DNA of 60,780 nucleotides, counting the filler, from Sphacelaria rigidula (taxonomy: Eukaryota), in assembly GCA_964200075.2 (NCBI GenBank). It is 6 parts of 6 records of this genome, joined end to end, with 100 filler letters (N's around TTAATTAATTAA, not from the genome) between each part and the next. Parts side by side here need not be neighbours in the genome. Positions count along the whole stretch, not along the records: positions 50,735 to 60,780 come from CAXNAA020007258.1; 5 more parts are not named here. One strand, written 5' to 3'. Shown here in pieces: positions 60,206 to 60,780 of the stretch (position 1 is the first letter of the stretch; each line of letters opens with the position of its first letter). The notes beneath the pieces were generated by a model. That model saw only the letters and a list, made by a program, of their open reading frames with translations. It was not told the origin of the DNA and searched no databases. A program made the position numbers and the translations under genes.

Positions 60206-60780
60206 GCTGCACACCCCGAAGGGGTCTGGTCTGTTCGCGGCGGAATTATTGAGGCCGAAAATAGAGGCGGTGGAGACGTTCAGGCCCTTCAATTAACCCG
60301 TGACTGCATTTTGCCACTCCCCCCTTTTGGCTCACAATGGGGTGGGTCGACCCACTTGTGTCTATTTCCTTTTCTTAGTACATTGCTGAAAACAAATACG
60401 AGACGGAGAGTGGTCTGCAATCGGTCCTGCTGAGAATACCTCGCCTTTCCCTCCCGCTGTGGCGCCTAAAACAGTAATGTTCCAAACGGCAATGGCATAC
60501 TTAAAGCGAACCGCGTGACAAAACGCTCCCGTGAAAGTGTCGTTCTGTGAATTTCCTTTTAATATCCCCAACCCATCTTTTACTCACGCTGAGTGTGCTG
60601 TAGAATAATCCCGTTGCTATATGTATTGTTTGTGCCTCACCAAAGCACTTGAATACCTCCTCGCTATTTCCCTTTTGAGTGCGAATAATTTCACCACCAA
60701 ACCGTATTATCCATTATGCAGAGGAGGTTCAGTCCCCCCCCACCCCCCCCCCCCCCCACCCCCCCGCCCCCCCCCCCCCC

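Noticed and set aside
60721-60780. Poly-C/G tracts (also 26800, 30320, 40590, 53530) as Pro/Gly-rich coding
   Set aside because: Low-complexity runs at contig or gap edges.

Overview
Eukaryotic, intron-rich and repeat-dense DNA whose gene style and repeat content look like a brown alga (Phaeophyceae); the taxon is an inference. The window is not one locus. It is six pieces of 10048, 10047, 10047, 10046, 10046 and 10046 bp joined by an artificial N44-TTAATTAATTAA-N44 linker, i.e. length-sorted unplaced contigs, so adjacency across linkers means nothing. Host gene fragments: a leishmanolysin/M8-like zinc metalloprotease (3 exons, +), an STK11IP/nischarin-like LRR gene (at least 5 exons, -), the terminal exon of an oligopeptidase-B-like S9A peptidase (+, missed by the ORF track), two COG6 exons (+), a low-complexity exon (-) and an orphan exon (-). 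Most of the rest is transposon debris: a decayed ORF with XPG/FEN1-type nuclease and Cys-rich motifs resembling AcademX transposons, Ty3/gypsy pol remnants, LINE remnants, a tRNA-headed SINE family and many MITE/foldback families (TTAA/piggyBac-type, hAT-like, telomere-repeat-bearing), some nested or composite. No CRISPR array, rRNA or intact tRNA was seen. The best leads are the AcademX-like relic, the composite hAT-like element carrying cargo, and the TGACGT-dense MITE.
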